From assembly GCA_964016885.1 (NCBI GenBank), contig OZ024742.1, forward strand, positions 141,546,001-141,610,000: a stretch of 64,000 bases of DNA. The letters run 5' to 3'. Positions 13,556-27,353 of the stretch are shown here, piece after piece. A model generated the notes under the pieces. It was not told the origin of the DNA and made no database searches. It saw only the letters and a program-made list of their open reading frames with translations. The DNA is from Eledone cirrhosa (taxonomy: Eukaryota). Every line of letters starts with the position of its first letter. Position 1 is the stretch's first letter. A program made the translations under genes and the position numbers.

Positions 13556-13746
13556 ATTGTTTCTACTTTTGGCACAAGGTCAGCAATTATCCCACTGTAT
13601 TACTGGTACTTTATTTTATCGACTGCGTAAGGATGAAAGGCAAAGTTAACCTCGGCGGGATTTGAACTGAGTCCGTAAAGGGACATAACTGTGCTACAAA
13701 GCATGGCGTCCGACTCTCTACCGATACTGCCAATCCACCGACCGCC
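13554..13746 (-). mobile_element. SINE family A, full length, in (TA)n
   Basis: Consensus match from the GGCGGT..GGTGGATTGGCAG head to the ACAATTAT tail. Confidence 0.9.
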
Positions 13747-13801
13747 CTATATATATGTATAATGGCAACATGACCTTTCCAAAGTATATCAGTACAGTAT
13801 A

Positions 13802-14006
<205 letters not shown>

Positions 14007-14225
14007 TAGCGAGAATCGTATTTCAGCTCAGGAATTAACGAAAATCAACGTCCGATATGTGTGGCAAGCGCTCGATGAATCATATGAATCAGAGCTACAA
14101 CATACGTTAAGGGCCAAACACACTGAGATGATCCGCAAAGCCAAAACAAACGACCAAGTAATTCGGGTCAAACAATAAAAATATATGTGATTGATAATTT
14201 ACCCGGACCCTGGACTGTTGGTAAA

Positions 14226-14256
<31 letters not shown>

Positions 14257-14431
14257 AACATATCTACTAACATAAGCGCACAGATGTACGTTAATGCCAG
14301 CAAATACACAGGTTATGTCATAGTACCTAGGTGGTTCAATGCAGGAGGATGCAGAACAATAATATAAAAGACGTAAAATAAGAAAATTAAAAAAAAAAAA
14401 TTTTTTTTAAATTAACTTACTTAAATTTTCA

Positions 14432-14511
14432 CTCCAACTAATTAGTTTCTGCAATGGGATAAAGACAGTTACGTAATGAACTGTTGAGAATTTCATTGCG
14501 TCATCAGGGAG
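14432..14511 (-). ncRNA. Type I hammerhead ribozyme
   Basis: Reverse complement of 14764-14843, core intact. Confidence 0.8.
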
Positions 14512-14763
14512 GTCATTCTCAGCCAAGTCTCCAGGCAATGCGCGGACACTGGGGACTCATATAAAAATAATAATAATTCGGTAAATGGAACAGCTATCGA
14601 GGACTGGATTCCAGCTACTGAAAATTCTCACTGCCACTGATCATATGGCCGATTCAGTACCTGGAATCCAGTCCTCGATAGCTGTTCCATTTACCGAATT
14701 ATTATTATTTTTATATGAGTCCCCAGTGTCCGCGCATTGCCTGGAGACTTGGCTGAGAATGAC

Positions 14764-14843
14764 CTCCCTGATGACGCAATGAAATTCTCAACAGTTCATT
14801 ACGTAACTGTCTTTATCCCATTGCAGAAACTAATTAGTTGGAG
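14764..14843 (+). ncRNA. Type I hammerhead ribozyme
   Basis: CTCC-CTGATGA-c-GCAATG...(ACAGTT/AACTGT inner hairpin)...CATTGC-a-GAAA-CTAATTAG-TT|GGAG. Stem I is CTCC/GGAG and stem III is palindromic. Predicted cleavage after 14839. Confidence 0.82.
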
Positions 14844-15320
14844 TGAAAATTTAAGTAAGTTAATTTTTAAAAAAATTTTTTTATTTTTTAAAAAATTTTT
14901 TCTTATTTTACGTCTTTTATATTATTGTTCTGCATCCTCCTGCATTGAACCACCTAGGTACTATGACATAACCTGTGTATTTGCTGGCATTAGCGTACAT
15001 CTGTGCGCTTATGTTAGTAGATATATTAAATTATCTATATTTATCTCCAAATCACTGATTTGTCGAGCAAACCTGCCAAAACCACTTCTAAATTTTTTGG
15101 GGGTGTTAGTAGGCGTCTGTCATCTTACCATCCCATTCCTACTGACTAGCCTCTGTGTCACGTGATTGATTCTTTAGAATCGGCCATATGATCAGTGGCA
15201 GTGAGAATTTTCAGTAGCTGGAATCCAGTCCTCGATAGCTGTTCCATTTACCGAATTATTATTATTTTTATATGAGTCCCCAGTGTCCGCGCATTGCCTG
15301 GAGACTTGGCTGAGAATGAC

Positions 15321-15400
15321 CTCCCTGATGACGCAATGAAATTCTCAACAGTTCATTACGTAACTGTCTTTATCCCATTGCAGAAACTAATTAGTTGGAG
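15321..15400 (+). ncRNA. Type I hammerhead ribozyme (tandem copy)
   Basis: Identical to 14764-14843 and 557 nt downstream. Predicted cleavage after 15396. Confidence 0.82.
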
Positions 15401-15464
15401 TGAAAATTTAAGTAAGTAAGTTAATTTAAAAAAATTTTTTTTTTTTAAATTTTCTTATTTTACG

Positions 15465-15532
<68 letters not shown>

Positions 15533-15787
15533 TTTGTGAGGCTCATGCTGCCAATATAAACACACACACACCTGTTGATTTTCATTTCAAATAAACGTTT
15601 AAAAATTTATATGATTATTTGAAGTGAATACCAACCGGTGCGTGTGTTTTTATTTGAGACAAATATAACAATGTATGTTTCAACACACGTTTTTAGATAA
15701 GAAATTTTGCGAAACAAATACAAAAACGAAGTATATATATATGTGTATTTATATCGACTATGTTTGCATGTATATATACATATATAT

Positions 15788-15821
<34 letters not shown>

Positions 15822-16479
15822 TGAGTGAGAGAGAGAGATAGAGAGAGAAAGAGAGAGGGAGAGAGGGAGGGAGAGAGTGAGAGAGAGAGAGTTTTTCCGT
15901 GTTTTAGGATGCGCAAAGCAGTAAGCTTCTATCAACAGTTCTCTTTGCACTTGTCGAACTGGTTTTTCTGTTTGAGGTCTTTTTGGAATGTTCGAAGTCA
16001 GGAGCTTTTGTCCGGCCCTTTCCCCTTCTTTCGGTATCTGTCACTGCAATCTTTGCAACGTTGATAGAAAGTACTCTAAATTCATACCCATCTTTGCTGT
16101 CATCTTCACATTTCACTGACATACAGAACTGTTAGCAAAACTACTCCATTATAAAGTTTGATGTTTCATATCTAGATTTAACGCATGCTTTGGATGATGG
16201 CTCTTGCCACATATATATAATCATGGTAGATTCTGCCAACCAAACTACCCTTTACATTACCGCGAAGGAATACTGAATGTTAAATATGGTTAATATCACA
16301 GTTTAATAAGTACTGAATTTGAAAAACTTAAAAAAAGTTTATATGATTTTAATTCATCTTGATTTAGTTTATTATGAAACACAACTGAAACGTAACTGAA
16401 ATGGCCAGTCTAATTTGTATAATGTCATTTATTACATATTAGAAAGCCGGTACAATGCAGTAGAACTATATAAAAGGTG

Positions 16480-17190
16480 CAGGATGACAAAATAAACGCA
16501 TCTTCATCACCAGAAACAGCAAACTCCCCACCTTCTATCATCTTATTAAAACATACAAAACAGGGCCAAAATAAAAAATTGGACCATATTGTTTCCGACA
16601 TAACCAGTCCTTTCTACAAAATATCCTGGCTTCATTTTAGACGTCTCAAATCTCTCTTTCACACTTTCTCCAGACACGTAGACAACTCACATGAAGGCAT
16701 TAACAAACTACAAGAACTTAACGTTATCACACTTAGACAGAATAGATATCCATTTAGCTTAGACGTAGTTTCCCCTACACCTCTGCCCCCACCCCAGCTA
16801 TCGTAGTAATTACAGGTAACATCTTCACCTCTACCGATCTCAATTGTTTCGGGGTCTTTGCTGATTTACATCCACGATCTGATCTCTGTCGTGTCGTCAT
16901 GTGCAAAATCTTTTTCCTGTTTGAAGGCTCCGTCTACAAACACATTTCGGGATTTCAGATGGGGCCAAGTCTCTCGGGCCTGCTGGTCATCACGTACATG
17001 GACCAGTTGGAGCGCATTCAGCACTTGCCGCTCTTGCTCCTTCTTTTCCAGCTACGGGGATGATATCCTTATGCTCACTTCATCACTTGAAGAAACCGTC
17101 AAGATTTGTGTCTTCGAAAACGTAGACGCACACGTGAATTTTGAGGTCTAGGACCCAGACACCACTGAATCCTTCTATCTACTCGACTTT
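16480..17190 (+). pseudogene. Penelope-like reverse transcriptase relic
   Basis: Frameshifted motifs IVSDITSPFYKISWL, FSLDVVS, GFQMGPSLSGLLVITYMDQLE, SYGDDILML and FYLLDF, in PLE RT order. Confidence 0.8.
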
Positions 17191-18091
17191 ACACTATATA
17201 CATATATTCGTGTGTGTAAACAAAAAATGATATATATATGTGAGTGTGTGCGTGCTCGTATGTTTGTGTATGTATGCGTGTGTGTGTTACTGATTTTTGA
17301 TAAGTATGCATAGCTATAGGCAAACCTTCATCCCTAAACATTGGATGATAAATGTGTATTAAAAGATGAGAACATAACCGAATTTTGTCAGGTGTTTATA
17401 TATGTATGGTGTCATTAATATTCATACTAGAGCGAGTGTTTTTGCGTATGGGTTTGTGCGTGTCTTGAAAAAGAATTCCCTCTCGGCCCCTTTCTCTGCC
17501 TTCCCTCTCTCTTTATATATATATCTCTCTCTGCATGTGTTTTTTGCTTGTGTGTTCACGTGCGTTAAAAATAGGTATATATTAAGCATTAAGAAACACA
17601 CAATTTCACGTGTGTATAAACGTCGTACATACATACATACATACATGCATAAAATGTCATAGATGCAGATTCACAATACACATACATGCGCAGCACTCAC
17701 TAAGGCATATACATTTTCATAAACTCTTAAACAGGTATATTAGTTTATACGCTCATATCAATGGAGTCATATATGCATACATAAATACATACATACGTAG
17801 CCCCCCCCCACACACATATATATAGCTGTGTGTGTATGTATCTATCTATATATATCTATCTACCTCTACACACACACACATATATATAAATATGTATGAA
17901 AAATATATATGTATAACATTTTTCAAGACTCTTCTCAGTATATGTATATAAATGTGCATTCTGTGTGTTTTTAGACATACATATATTACACTTATACACA
18001 ATTGGTGTATAATTGTGTGTGTTTTTGTATGTGATTCCGCACGTGTATGTGTTTGTGTGTGTATATGGGTGTTTGCGTCTGTGTGTGCGTG

Positions 18092-18127
<36 letters not shown>

Positions 18128-18201
18128 GGGGGGGGGTCGTGTGTGTATATAATATATATATATATAACCCGCCCGTCCCTTCAAACTATCTTCTCATTCT
18201 T

Positions 18202-18237
18202 TCTTCTGATGAAGGACTAGCGTCTGAAACGTTAAGA
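18202..18237 (+). ncRNA. Minimal type I hammerhead ribozyme, PLE type
   Basis: TCTT-CTGATGA-AGGAC-TAGC-GTCT-GAAACGTTA-AGA, with palindromic AACGTT stem III. It sits in a ~155-bp insert between (TA)n tracts, on the same strand and downstream of the PLE RT. Confidence 0.78.
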
Positions 18238-18324
18238 CCCTCTTTCTGCTATTTCAAGCGTTAACCTTATATATTCCTTCCATATACTGTACCGATTGTG
18301 TTGTTATTGCTGTTTACCTTTTAC

Positions 18325-18398
<74 letters not shown>

Positions 18399-18421
18399 TA
18401 TATACACACACGAACGCCCAA

Positions 18422-18495
<74 letters not shown>

Positions 18496-18879
18496 GCACA
18501 CACACAGACACGAACACCCAGACACACACAAAAACACATACACGTGCGCAATCATATATAAATTTATATATACGTGTGTGTGTGTGGTGTGTGTGTGTGT
18601 GTATACACAATGGTATTAAAAAGTATTAAGCCATTTTTTTCCTCCTAGAACTCCAGAGACAGGTCAACATACGATCACCACGGTTTACCTCATGTCATCT
18701 CCGAAAGAAAAAAATAAATATATGAATTTAATCTTTGACACGAAATCAATACATTTGTTTCTCTAATTATATTTTGTTTTTATTACAATACGTGGTAATT
18801 GAATTATGTTTGTCTTTTACTCATTTTATGCCAAGCATGGCCACCAGCGATCACAGTAATGACAGCCGTAGCAAGAAGA

Positions 18880-19025
18880 ACAACAACAGTAGTAGTAGTA
18901 GTAGTAGTAGTAGTAGAGTAGTTGGAGTAGTGGTAGTAGTAGTAGTGGTGGTGATAGTAGTAGTAGGAGTAGTGGTAGTAGTAGTAGTAATAGTAGTAGT
19001 GGAAGTAGTAGTAGTGGAAGTGGCG

Positions 19026-19082
<57 letters not shown>

Positions 19083-19256
19083 ATAGTGAAAGTGGTGGTA
19101 GTAGTAGTAGTGGTAGTAGAGTAGTAGTTGGTGTAGTGGTAGTAGTAGTAGTGGTGGTGATAGTAGTAGTAGGAGTAGTGGTAGTAGTAGTAGTAATAGT
19201 AGTAGTGGAAGTAGTAGTAGTGGAAGTGGCGGTGGTAGTATTAGTATTAGTATTGA
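18880..19256. repeat. (GTA)n compound microsatellite with an internal higher-order duplication
   Basis: Direct observation. The ~120-bp interruption pattern recurs at about 18914 and 19122. Confidence 0.95.
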
Positions 19257-19383
19257 ATAATTTCTCGAGAAAAGGAGGAATTTCTAAGAAACAAATAATT
19301 GTTTCTACTTTTTGGCACAAGGCCTGCATTTACAAGTGTATTACTGGTACTTTATTTTATCGGCCCCGTAAGGATGAAAGGCA

Positions 19384-20215
19384 ATAATGATTTCATTTAT
19401 TGGCCACAAGGGCCGACATATAGGGGACAATACAAAAGACTGGGACAGTGGGGTTTTACAGAAAAATCGAGTAAACAATATGAATAAACAAAGTAACAAT
19501 AACAAAGTAACAGTAAAGTAACAATAAAATTACAACAAGAAAAAATTCCCCAATAGGCGGGATGACCACCTAGGGTTCGCTCAGGTACCCCACCAGTCCT
19601 GAACGACCCGACGCTTCGAGAGCACCCTGGAAGGGCACCCCTCTCCTCTTCAAATTTACCTACCTACAGCCGCATGACCAGAGTAGGCCCACTCACACGG
19701 GCCATTCTCGCCACATTCACCCACCTTTCAGCAAATGTACTGGGGAGCAGCACTTCTCTCTCCACCCTCACCTTCCTTTCCAAGTGAAACTTGAAAAAGT
19801 TGATGAAGGATTGGCCGAAGAGAAAAGTGTCTGTCTTCAGTCCTTTCAACCTCGTCCATCATACAACCTCTTTCGCTACTGCCACCAGACAGAGGAAAAT
19901 TGCCTGCCCTTCCTGGCCAAAAGAAGGCGGCGGGTCGATCTTCACTATGGACTCGGCCGATAGCCGGATCCGTTCTACACGCGACAACAGCTGTTCAACA
20001 TAACTCCATAAGTCAGTAATGCACGGACACTGGACGAGTGCGTGCAGAACGGTTTCGTCGCTCTGCGCGCATCTCGGGCAGGTCCGTCTGACAGCACTTC
20101 CGTGCCTGTAGAGTTTATCTCGAACTGGCAGTGCCCCCCGGTAGCACTGCCAAGCGAGGGATTTTTGGAAATTATCCATCGTCCCCGGCTCGAAAGTTCT
20201 CCGGTACAGACTGGT
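19384..20215 (-). mobile_element. L1/Tx1-like LINE 3' fragment (zf-RVT region plus 3' UTR), abutting a truncated SINE at 19296-19383
   Basis: MDNFQKSLAWQCYRGALPVRDKL...TCPRCAQSDETVLHALVQCP...LW; GC-rich relative to its flanks. Confidence 0.85.
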
Positions 20216-20741
20216 TAGATGAAAGGCAATAATAAGATGCTGTAACACTAGTGTCTTGTTTCTGTCAGGAATATTAACAATATATGTTATATGTTTGGAG
20301 TTAAATTATCCCTGACAGAAATTACTAAACTCTATGGTAAGAGAAAAACAATAGAAAAAAGTGAAGAGTAGTATCGTTATATATACTAGCAGAAAAACCA
20401 CCATATATGCTAGCAGGTGTAGTGTGTATATTGATATTATACGCAAGTATATATACATGTAGATATGATACGTCAAATAAAATCGTAATTGACAATATAT
20501 AATACATAGAAATTAAACGAACACTGTCTTATTTAATCAGTAACGTAATCCATGATTCATTAAAAAAGACGATATTATATATAAACTGCATTAGGAGAAA
20601 ATTAGTGACAGAAAATTAGCGATGGCCAACCGGAAGTGTTGATATTTCAGAAATTTTAAAGAAGTGAATCTTAAAATAAACAAAATATATTTAATGAACA
20701 GCCACGAAATTTAGTAGATAAATTATGTAATATTCATTATA

Positions 20742-20777
<36 letters not shown>

Positions 20778-20801
20778 TATATATACATAGACATGTATAT
20801 A

Positions 20802-20868
<67 letters not shown>

Positions 20869-20911
20869 TAATATAAATATACATACATATATAAACATTC
20901 ATATATATATA

Positions 20912-21731
20912 TCTGTATATATATAAAATTAAGTATGCGTGTGTGTCTGTGTGTCTGTGTATTACCTATTGGGGCCTACATCTTACGACCGATTTTCATG
21001 AAATTCTAAGGCTCATAGATTAGTCATCGGGGAGTGTTTTCTATATATCAGCGTATCGTTTTTTTAAATTCCGGGGTCCTTCTGCAGATAAAAATCGATA
21101 GGGGGGGGGGGGTCACCTTTTTTTAGGTATCGAAAAATAAGATTTTTGGCTCTAGCTCCCACATTTTGCCACCGATTTCGTTCAAATTTTAAGGCAAAAT
21201 AGAATTTATCATTGCACATCATGTAATGGCTTTATATTTTGTATTTGTTGTTGAGGGACGGCGTGGCAGCCGCTTAAATATTCAAAAATACCACTTTTAG
21301 ACTCAAATTTCCACTTTTTCGGCTCTAACTCCCACATTAATCAACCTATTTTCTTCAAATTTTACACTACGTTAGATCTGATTATTTCACGTCTTAAAGT
21401 GGTTTTACATTTTGGATATTTTGTTCAGGAACGGCGTGGCAGCCGCTTAAATATTCGAAAATACCACCTTTTCGCTCAAATTTCCGCCTTTTCGGCTCTA
21501 GCTCCCACATTTTTCAACCGATTTCGTTCAAATTCGAAACTCCCTCCCCAGCATTCCCCTTCGTCACTCACCCGCGTTTTTCAGTGATAGAGGTCATCAT
21601 CATCATCCTCCCCCGCATGGCCTGTGTGTGGCCATAGATGAGTCATCGAGAAGCAGTCGCTAAGATCAACACCTTTTCATCAAATCAGATATTTTTTTAC
21701 CTTCTCAGGCAACGCTGGGTACTGCTGCTAG
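20912..21731 (+). mobile_element. Non-autonomous Helitron
   Basis: Starts a|TCTGTATATATATAAAA followed by a (GTCT/GT) microsatellite. 3' hairpin CTCAG-GCAACG-CTGGG lies about 8 nt before the CTAG|t end. It contains three internal ~172-bp tandem units at about 21145, 21317 and 21490. Confidence 0.82.
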
Positions 21732-21742
21732 TATACATATAC

Positions 21743-21775
<33 letters not shown>

Positions 21776-22513
21776 AGTGTACATACACACACACATATAT
21801 ATATGCATATTTACATATATGTATGTGTGTGTGAGTGTGTGTACATGCCTACATTCAGCTTTTATTTTATATGAAATGACAGATGAATAATGCTCAAAAA
21901 TGTTAGCCTTGTTTTTTTGATAATGTATATTATATCTTTTTCTTTGCATTGTTTTTGCTATGTCAGCTTATTTTGTGTTTACATTTGATCACATTTGTAT
22001 CAATTCCTATTCCTACATTATTTACTCTGTTTTTTTTTTCTGCGGCATTGTGATAAACAATCACATGACAAAACAATATCCTTATAGTATCGACACACTG
22101 TGTCATGTCGATAGAGGCAATAATATATCATAGATTTTCTAAACAGAAATATATTCGGATCATTATATCAGTGTAATGACTCCATAGGCAATTCCTTGTT
22201 TTCCAAACAGCATTTCTTTTAACACGTTTTTTTTTTTTATATCTGTCCTTTTTAATTTGTTAATTCCACATTTTTACGTGGTGGGGTTGATCCTTCATTC
22301 TGTTTTTCTCGATGTTATTCTACTGTTCTACAAATAGAAAAAAACCCCCAAAACAACAACTACAACAAAAAACCCGAACATTTCACGATACATTATCTAC
22401 AAGAAACAAACAGTTCACGAAAGAAAGGAGTAAGTTTTGGAGAGATATATCAATAAATAATTGCACAGATTCAACTTCAGAGTAACAAGAGTCACTATTT
22501 AGCCTTAATAATA

Positions 22514-22900
22514 ATAATTGTTTCTACTTTTGGCACAAGGCCAGCAATTATATCAGTGTATTACTGGTACTTTACTTATCGACCCCGTAAGGATGAAAGG
22601 CAAAGTTAACCGCAGCGGGATTTTAGTTCAGACCGCAAAGGGCCGTAACTATGCTAAGCATGGTGTCCGACCCTCAAACGATAATAATGATAAAAATGGT
22701 TTCTTATATAGGCACAAAGCCAGCAATTTGGGGGGAGGGGAAAGTCGATTGAATCGACCCCAGTACGTGACTGGTATTTTATTTGGTCGATTCCATAAGG
22801 ATGAAAGGCAAAGTTAATCGCGGTGGGGTTTGAACTCAGATCATAAAAGGCCGTAACTCTATGCAAAGCATGGCGCCGGACCCTCTACCGACACTGCCAA
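22514..22900 (-). mobile_element. Two tandem family A SINEs
   Basis: Consensus matches at about 22514-22680 and 22695-22900, flanked by (AAT)n. Confidence 0.88.
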
Positions 22901-22939
22901 ATAATAATAAAATGATAATAATATATATATATTTTTGTG

Positions 22940-23189
<250 letters not shown>

Positions 23190-24984
23190 TATAACATTTA
23201 TAACCGGAAAATATTTTTTGTCATAAATGGGCATAATAGAAGAGAAATTACCATGATACTATGCTAGCATCTAATCCCTAGTGTGAGACGTGAGACATAT
23301 GCTTCTCATTTGTTATCCTGTGGGTTTAGTGGTTTCCATACCGACTGTGTCGCGGAACTGTTAAACGGATTTTCAAATATCATAGAACACATACCCATAT
23401 TTTACGGGCAATTCCAGCCATCTTAATTTTAATAGGACAGTTAAAATTAAAGTCTGTTGCACGTCCAAGCCCAGGACCTCATCAGACTGTAGCTTATCTC
23501 AATTTCAAGCGACTGAGAGCACACAACTGACTTCTGGATATGATACCTAACTGCTGCTGATACACATTTATTTCAACAACGTAAAATTGCTTAAGAACAC
23601 CTGGCTGTAAAAGGAATGCAGAATCTTACGATCGTAAACCCAACGCTAACCACTATGCCATCCACCTTGACAATACGATAATCAATGAAAGAAAAATTAT
23701 TCTAGAGAATATATTTATTAAAAAACATTTCAGCAAATTTTATTTAAAGAAACTTATTAACTTATTAAAGAAACCTTATCTCGTAGAAATCCTGAATTTT
23801 TTCTCAGAACGCATTTTGGGAAACACAGCTGTAGATCAAACTGAAAATATCGAGTATGAGATATGTATAAACAAACCACTGTAGCAAGTGAATGGACGCA
23901 TATATACTGACTTAGCTTCATTTAGATTAGTAAACTGTTGATTAGATCAGTCTTTAAATGTATTTTTGATGTTATTTCACTATGAATATTTCATTGCTCG
24001 TTGTAAATCTCTGAAAGTCTTTAAGTGAATGAAAGAGTATGTGCATGTTATATTGGACTGTGTATGTACGTACGTATACGTATGCATATGTATATACATA
24101 TTTATGTATGTGCGAATGCGTGCTCGCGTGCATATGCGTGTGTTTGTGTGCTTGTGTAGTCACTAATGGAAATTAAAAAGAACAATTTTAATAGAGAAAT
24201 AAAATTTCTTTTAAATACAATGTGGTATGGAAGCCTCTTATCAAGGATTAATGTAATGTTGGGCGTGTACAGAACAGAATAGTGTCTACTGAGTTAATAT
24301 ATGGATGGTGACTGACATAGAGAGAACGAAAGAGATAGATATGTAAAAGGACTACCAGATAAAGAGGAAAGAAAAGTTAGATGTGTAGACAGCAATAATG
24401 GTAAAAGAAAAGAGATAGTGATAAAGAGATAGAAAGAGTGATATTGAGAGGAGGAGGGTGATAAAAATAGACAGATAATGAGTAAGACAGAGAAACAAAG
24501 GCGTTGCTTACACAATCTTTCTGACTTTTTCAACCCTAAACCCATCCAATGTTAATAAAAGGGAAATAAATATATAAATAAAAATTAAATAAAATAGCAA
24601 TAGGCGCCATGCTCGCACCAAAGCATGGATATCACACAAGCTCCTTCCCCGCCCAATAAATGTTTAGTATTTGTGCAATAAAAACAACAAAAACAACAAT
24701 ATTCACTAGTTAGCAAGAATAGTAAAGGGCAACGAATGGTCAAATAAAGATACCGATGAACCGATTCTACAATACAGTTTCGATTCTCGATTAAGATAAT
24801 TTATTTTCATATTGTTGTTAATTAGCTTCCAGATCAACTCTGATCTAATAGAAATATGATGAAAGATATTCTGACTGTAATCATCCTGTGTTTTGTTTTC
24901 ATTCATAGTACATTGAGAATTACATATTCGAATGCATTTTTAATTTCGTAAGAGAGTAGTTTGTGGTTTATGTGAGATTTAGCT

Positions 24985-25215
24985 GTTTATCATTTCTAGT
25001 CCTGAAGGATAAGCTGTCACCTCTGAAGCGATGAATAGTACTGGCCTGCTTGTCACCTCAATGTAGAAGAATATCTGAATGGATCCATCACTGTCAGGCA
25101 TCTTTCCAATTCTCATCTGGCTGATCGCCTTCTGCACTTTTTCCAGAGTGGTAGTGTTATCCATCTTAAGAATGGTGTCAGTTTGAAGAAGGGATTTGAT
25201 AACGCCTTCATTCAC
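24985..25215 (-). mobile_element. Highly degraded LINE fragment (region just upstream of RT)
   Basis: TLEKVQKAISQMRIGKMPDSDG resembles the E-V-x-KAI...GKAPGxDG motif. Confidence 0.55.
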
Positions 25216-25479
25216 AATGAATATATTTCTAAAACGGTAGATGACGTTCAGGGCATAATAATAGAGTTCGCATCTCGAATGATCCGAACTGTATTATGAA
25301 GTTTCGGGCTTTGATATTTCTTTGTCAAAAATGAGTCTATGTGAATATACTGAGGTCCATAAGCCTGATCATACATGCAACCAATATCGTTCCTAACTGA
25401 CACTATTTGTATTTCAACGGTTTTTTCTGTTCACAAGCTATATTTCATCAATATGAACTTACACTGGAACTTACCTTTC

Positions 25480-26460
25480 ATAGCAAAAGGTACCTTCAGT
25501 ACGTTTCCCCGCCCAAGAATATCTGGTTGCAGGAACTAGAAATATTGTTTCAACTTTAATGCCATTGCTATCAAATCAGTTCTGATGTTTTAGTTTCGAA
25601 TAAATTAGTTTGGTTGCTGTAACCTCTTATTTCCTTACTCCCCACTCCACGTACCATATAATTCCAGACCATCCAATGTTTTCTTCGGTTCATTAACAAC
25701 ATCTTTCACTTTGTGTTTGAATAGATTTATAAATCTCGGACACCTACTGCTTCTAAATTATTTCTTTTGTCTCTCGACAAACTCGATCTTTACTCCGCCC
25801 ACACCTTTCGAACAGCTTGAATATTCCAACATACGATTACGAAGGCAATCAACTGGCAGTTATATCCGCATTCGATTTTAGGAATGGGTTTTCAATGACC
25901 AGTCCTCGCTCTGTCGCTCTGTACGTAAGTGGAGTAATTGAAGAAAATTCGAATTAATATTTCGAAGCTCATATTGTCAACGAAAGGCCAGTTGCGATGG
26001 TTAGTTTCAGCCCTTGTAATATAATTGTCAAGAACAATTTCGCCATTCCTTGCAACACATAAAGCATCTCTCAAAGACTCATAGAATATAACGATCTACT
26101 GTGCTGATATGTTTAATGTAAAAGCAAAAATAGAGATAACCGTAGCAAGTCTATCTCCACTCAATGATAGTCACAATTTCATTATACCGTCTCAAACACA
26201 ATATTGTAGCTCCTTCAATATTTCACAATATTCTGACGAATAGCAAACTAAATTCGATTTTAATTATCTTTTCTCTCGTTGTCTGTCATTCCTGGCCACA
26301 AAAAAATATATATCTACTTTCACCCTCTTTTCGATCACCTTCACTAATCAAACACATCTTCGAACAACAACACCAGTGTTATATAATGAGTTATTTTTTG
26401 CAGCTTTGGCAGTTTTCCTTTACGGCCTTCCGCCATCTATTGTATGCAATAGCGTTCTAA
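25480..26460 (-). mobile_element. Possible ancient Helitron Rep-helicase relic
   Basis: Fragments LFVRIL*NIEGAT..LR and YESLRDALCVARNG resemble the LRxLLxxVxGATSFxxLRT / YxTFxEACxARG linker. Many stops. Confidence 0.3.
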
Positions 26461-26959
26461 TGGTCCAGCAGTATTAATTCATGTTTAAGTTTCTCTGTAT
26501 TTCGCCCAAAAGTAAACATGTGTTAGCCACGATAAACTGATTAGTAAAATATATATGAAATGCATACCCTCCAGCATTAGTAGGTAAATAATTACCTCAC
26601 TAACGGATTGACGTCAAATTTCATAGAGACAAAACATTGTACTACAGAGAGTACCACTCTCTAAATGGCTGAAGCTGCTAAACCGACAACAACAAAAAAG
26701 TAAGACGGCCACAGGTTACAAACAACGTATATTTCATGCCAGAGTATCGTTCTCCCTTGCACATTTACATACATATATATCAACACACGTATAAATGCGC
26801 ATACCCATATGCAACACCAATGGATAGCCATCAGTTAATTTCCAATGTACTTTATCTGCGTGTTGAAATTTGCTCTGCATTTTGCTATTAGCAAAACTTG
26901 AGTAAATATTCTTCACACATTTCTGGACTTCTATATAGAATTGTAATGTACTTAATTAA

Positions 26960-27003
<44 letters not shown>

Positions 27004-27132
27004 ATCTGAGTATTTAGAATATTAATAGTAACATTCGATTCGTTTGAAATTATGCAAACAAGCCTCAATTTTATAGCCATGTCAGTAGAATGAACCCTTC
27101 ATTCTTGCTCTTGTGTTGGTATGTGAACAGAA

Positions 27133-27176
27133 CTGCAGACACTAATGTTTCTGGATATCACCCTTCATCAGTACAG
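27133..27176 (-). ncRNA. Type I hammerhead ribozyme
   Basis: CTGTA-CTGATGA-AGGGTGATATCCA-GAAA-CATTAGTG-TC|TGCAG. Stem I is kept through a G.U pair. Confidence 0.82.
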
Positions 27177-27353
27177 CTCACTGTTCACCTGCCAAACTGT
27201 CAGAGTTAGTGAAAATATATGCTATTTTCAAAAATACACAGTGACTGATCAGCCAGTCAGCTAATATGCAAATCAGGCCGATCAGTCACTGTGTATTTTT
27301 GAAAATAGCATATATTTTCACTAGCTCTGACAGTTTGGCAGGTGAACAGTGAG

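Larger units (their letters stand above)
14251..15472. mobile_element. Fold-back plus tandem PLE-pLTR/retrozyme-like element with three hammerhead ribozymes
   Basis: Arm 14251-14614 is the near-perfect reverse complement of 14661-15033. 15218-15472 directly repeats 14661 onward with a 557-bp period. Both ends lie in (TA)n. Confidence 0.9.

Noticed and set aside
14585-15165. 65-aa and 142-aa ORFs inside the fold-back element
   Set aside because: They cross the inversion junction and poly-A/T runs, use GTG/TTG or chance starts, and show no known motif.
15895-16135. Possible minus-strand exon or piggyBac Cys-rich tail
   Set aside because: No recognisable protein similarity; the Cys-containing frame has stops and there is no clear splice donor.
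18735-19387. Val-rich or Thr-rich mucin-like ORFs
   Set aside because: Translations of the (GTA)n microsatellite.
23450-23492. Minus-strand CTGATGA-GGTCC...GGAC
   Set aside because: Stem II is good, but GAAA is replaced by GTGCAA and there is no stem III.
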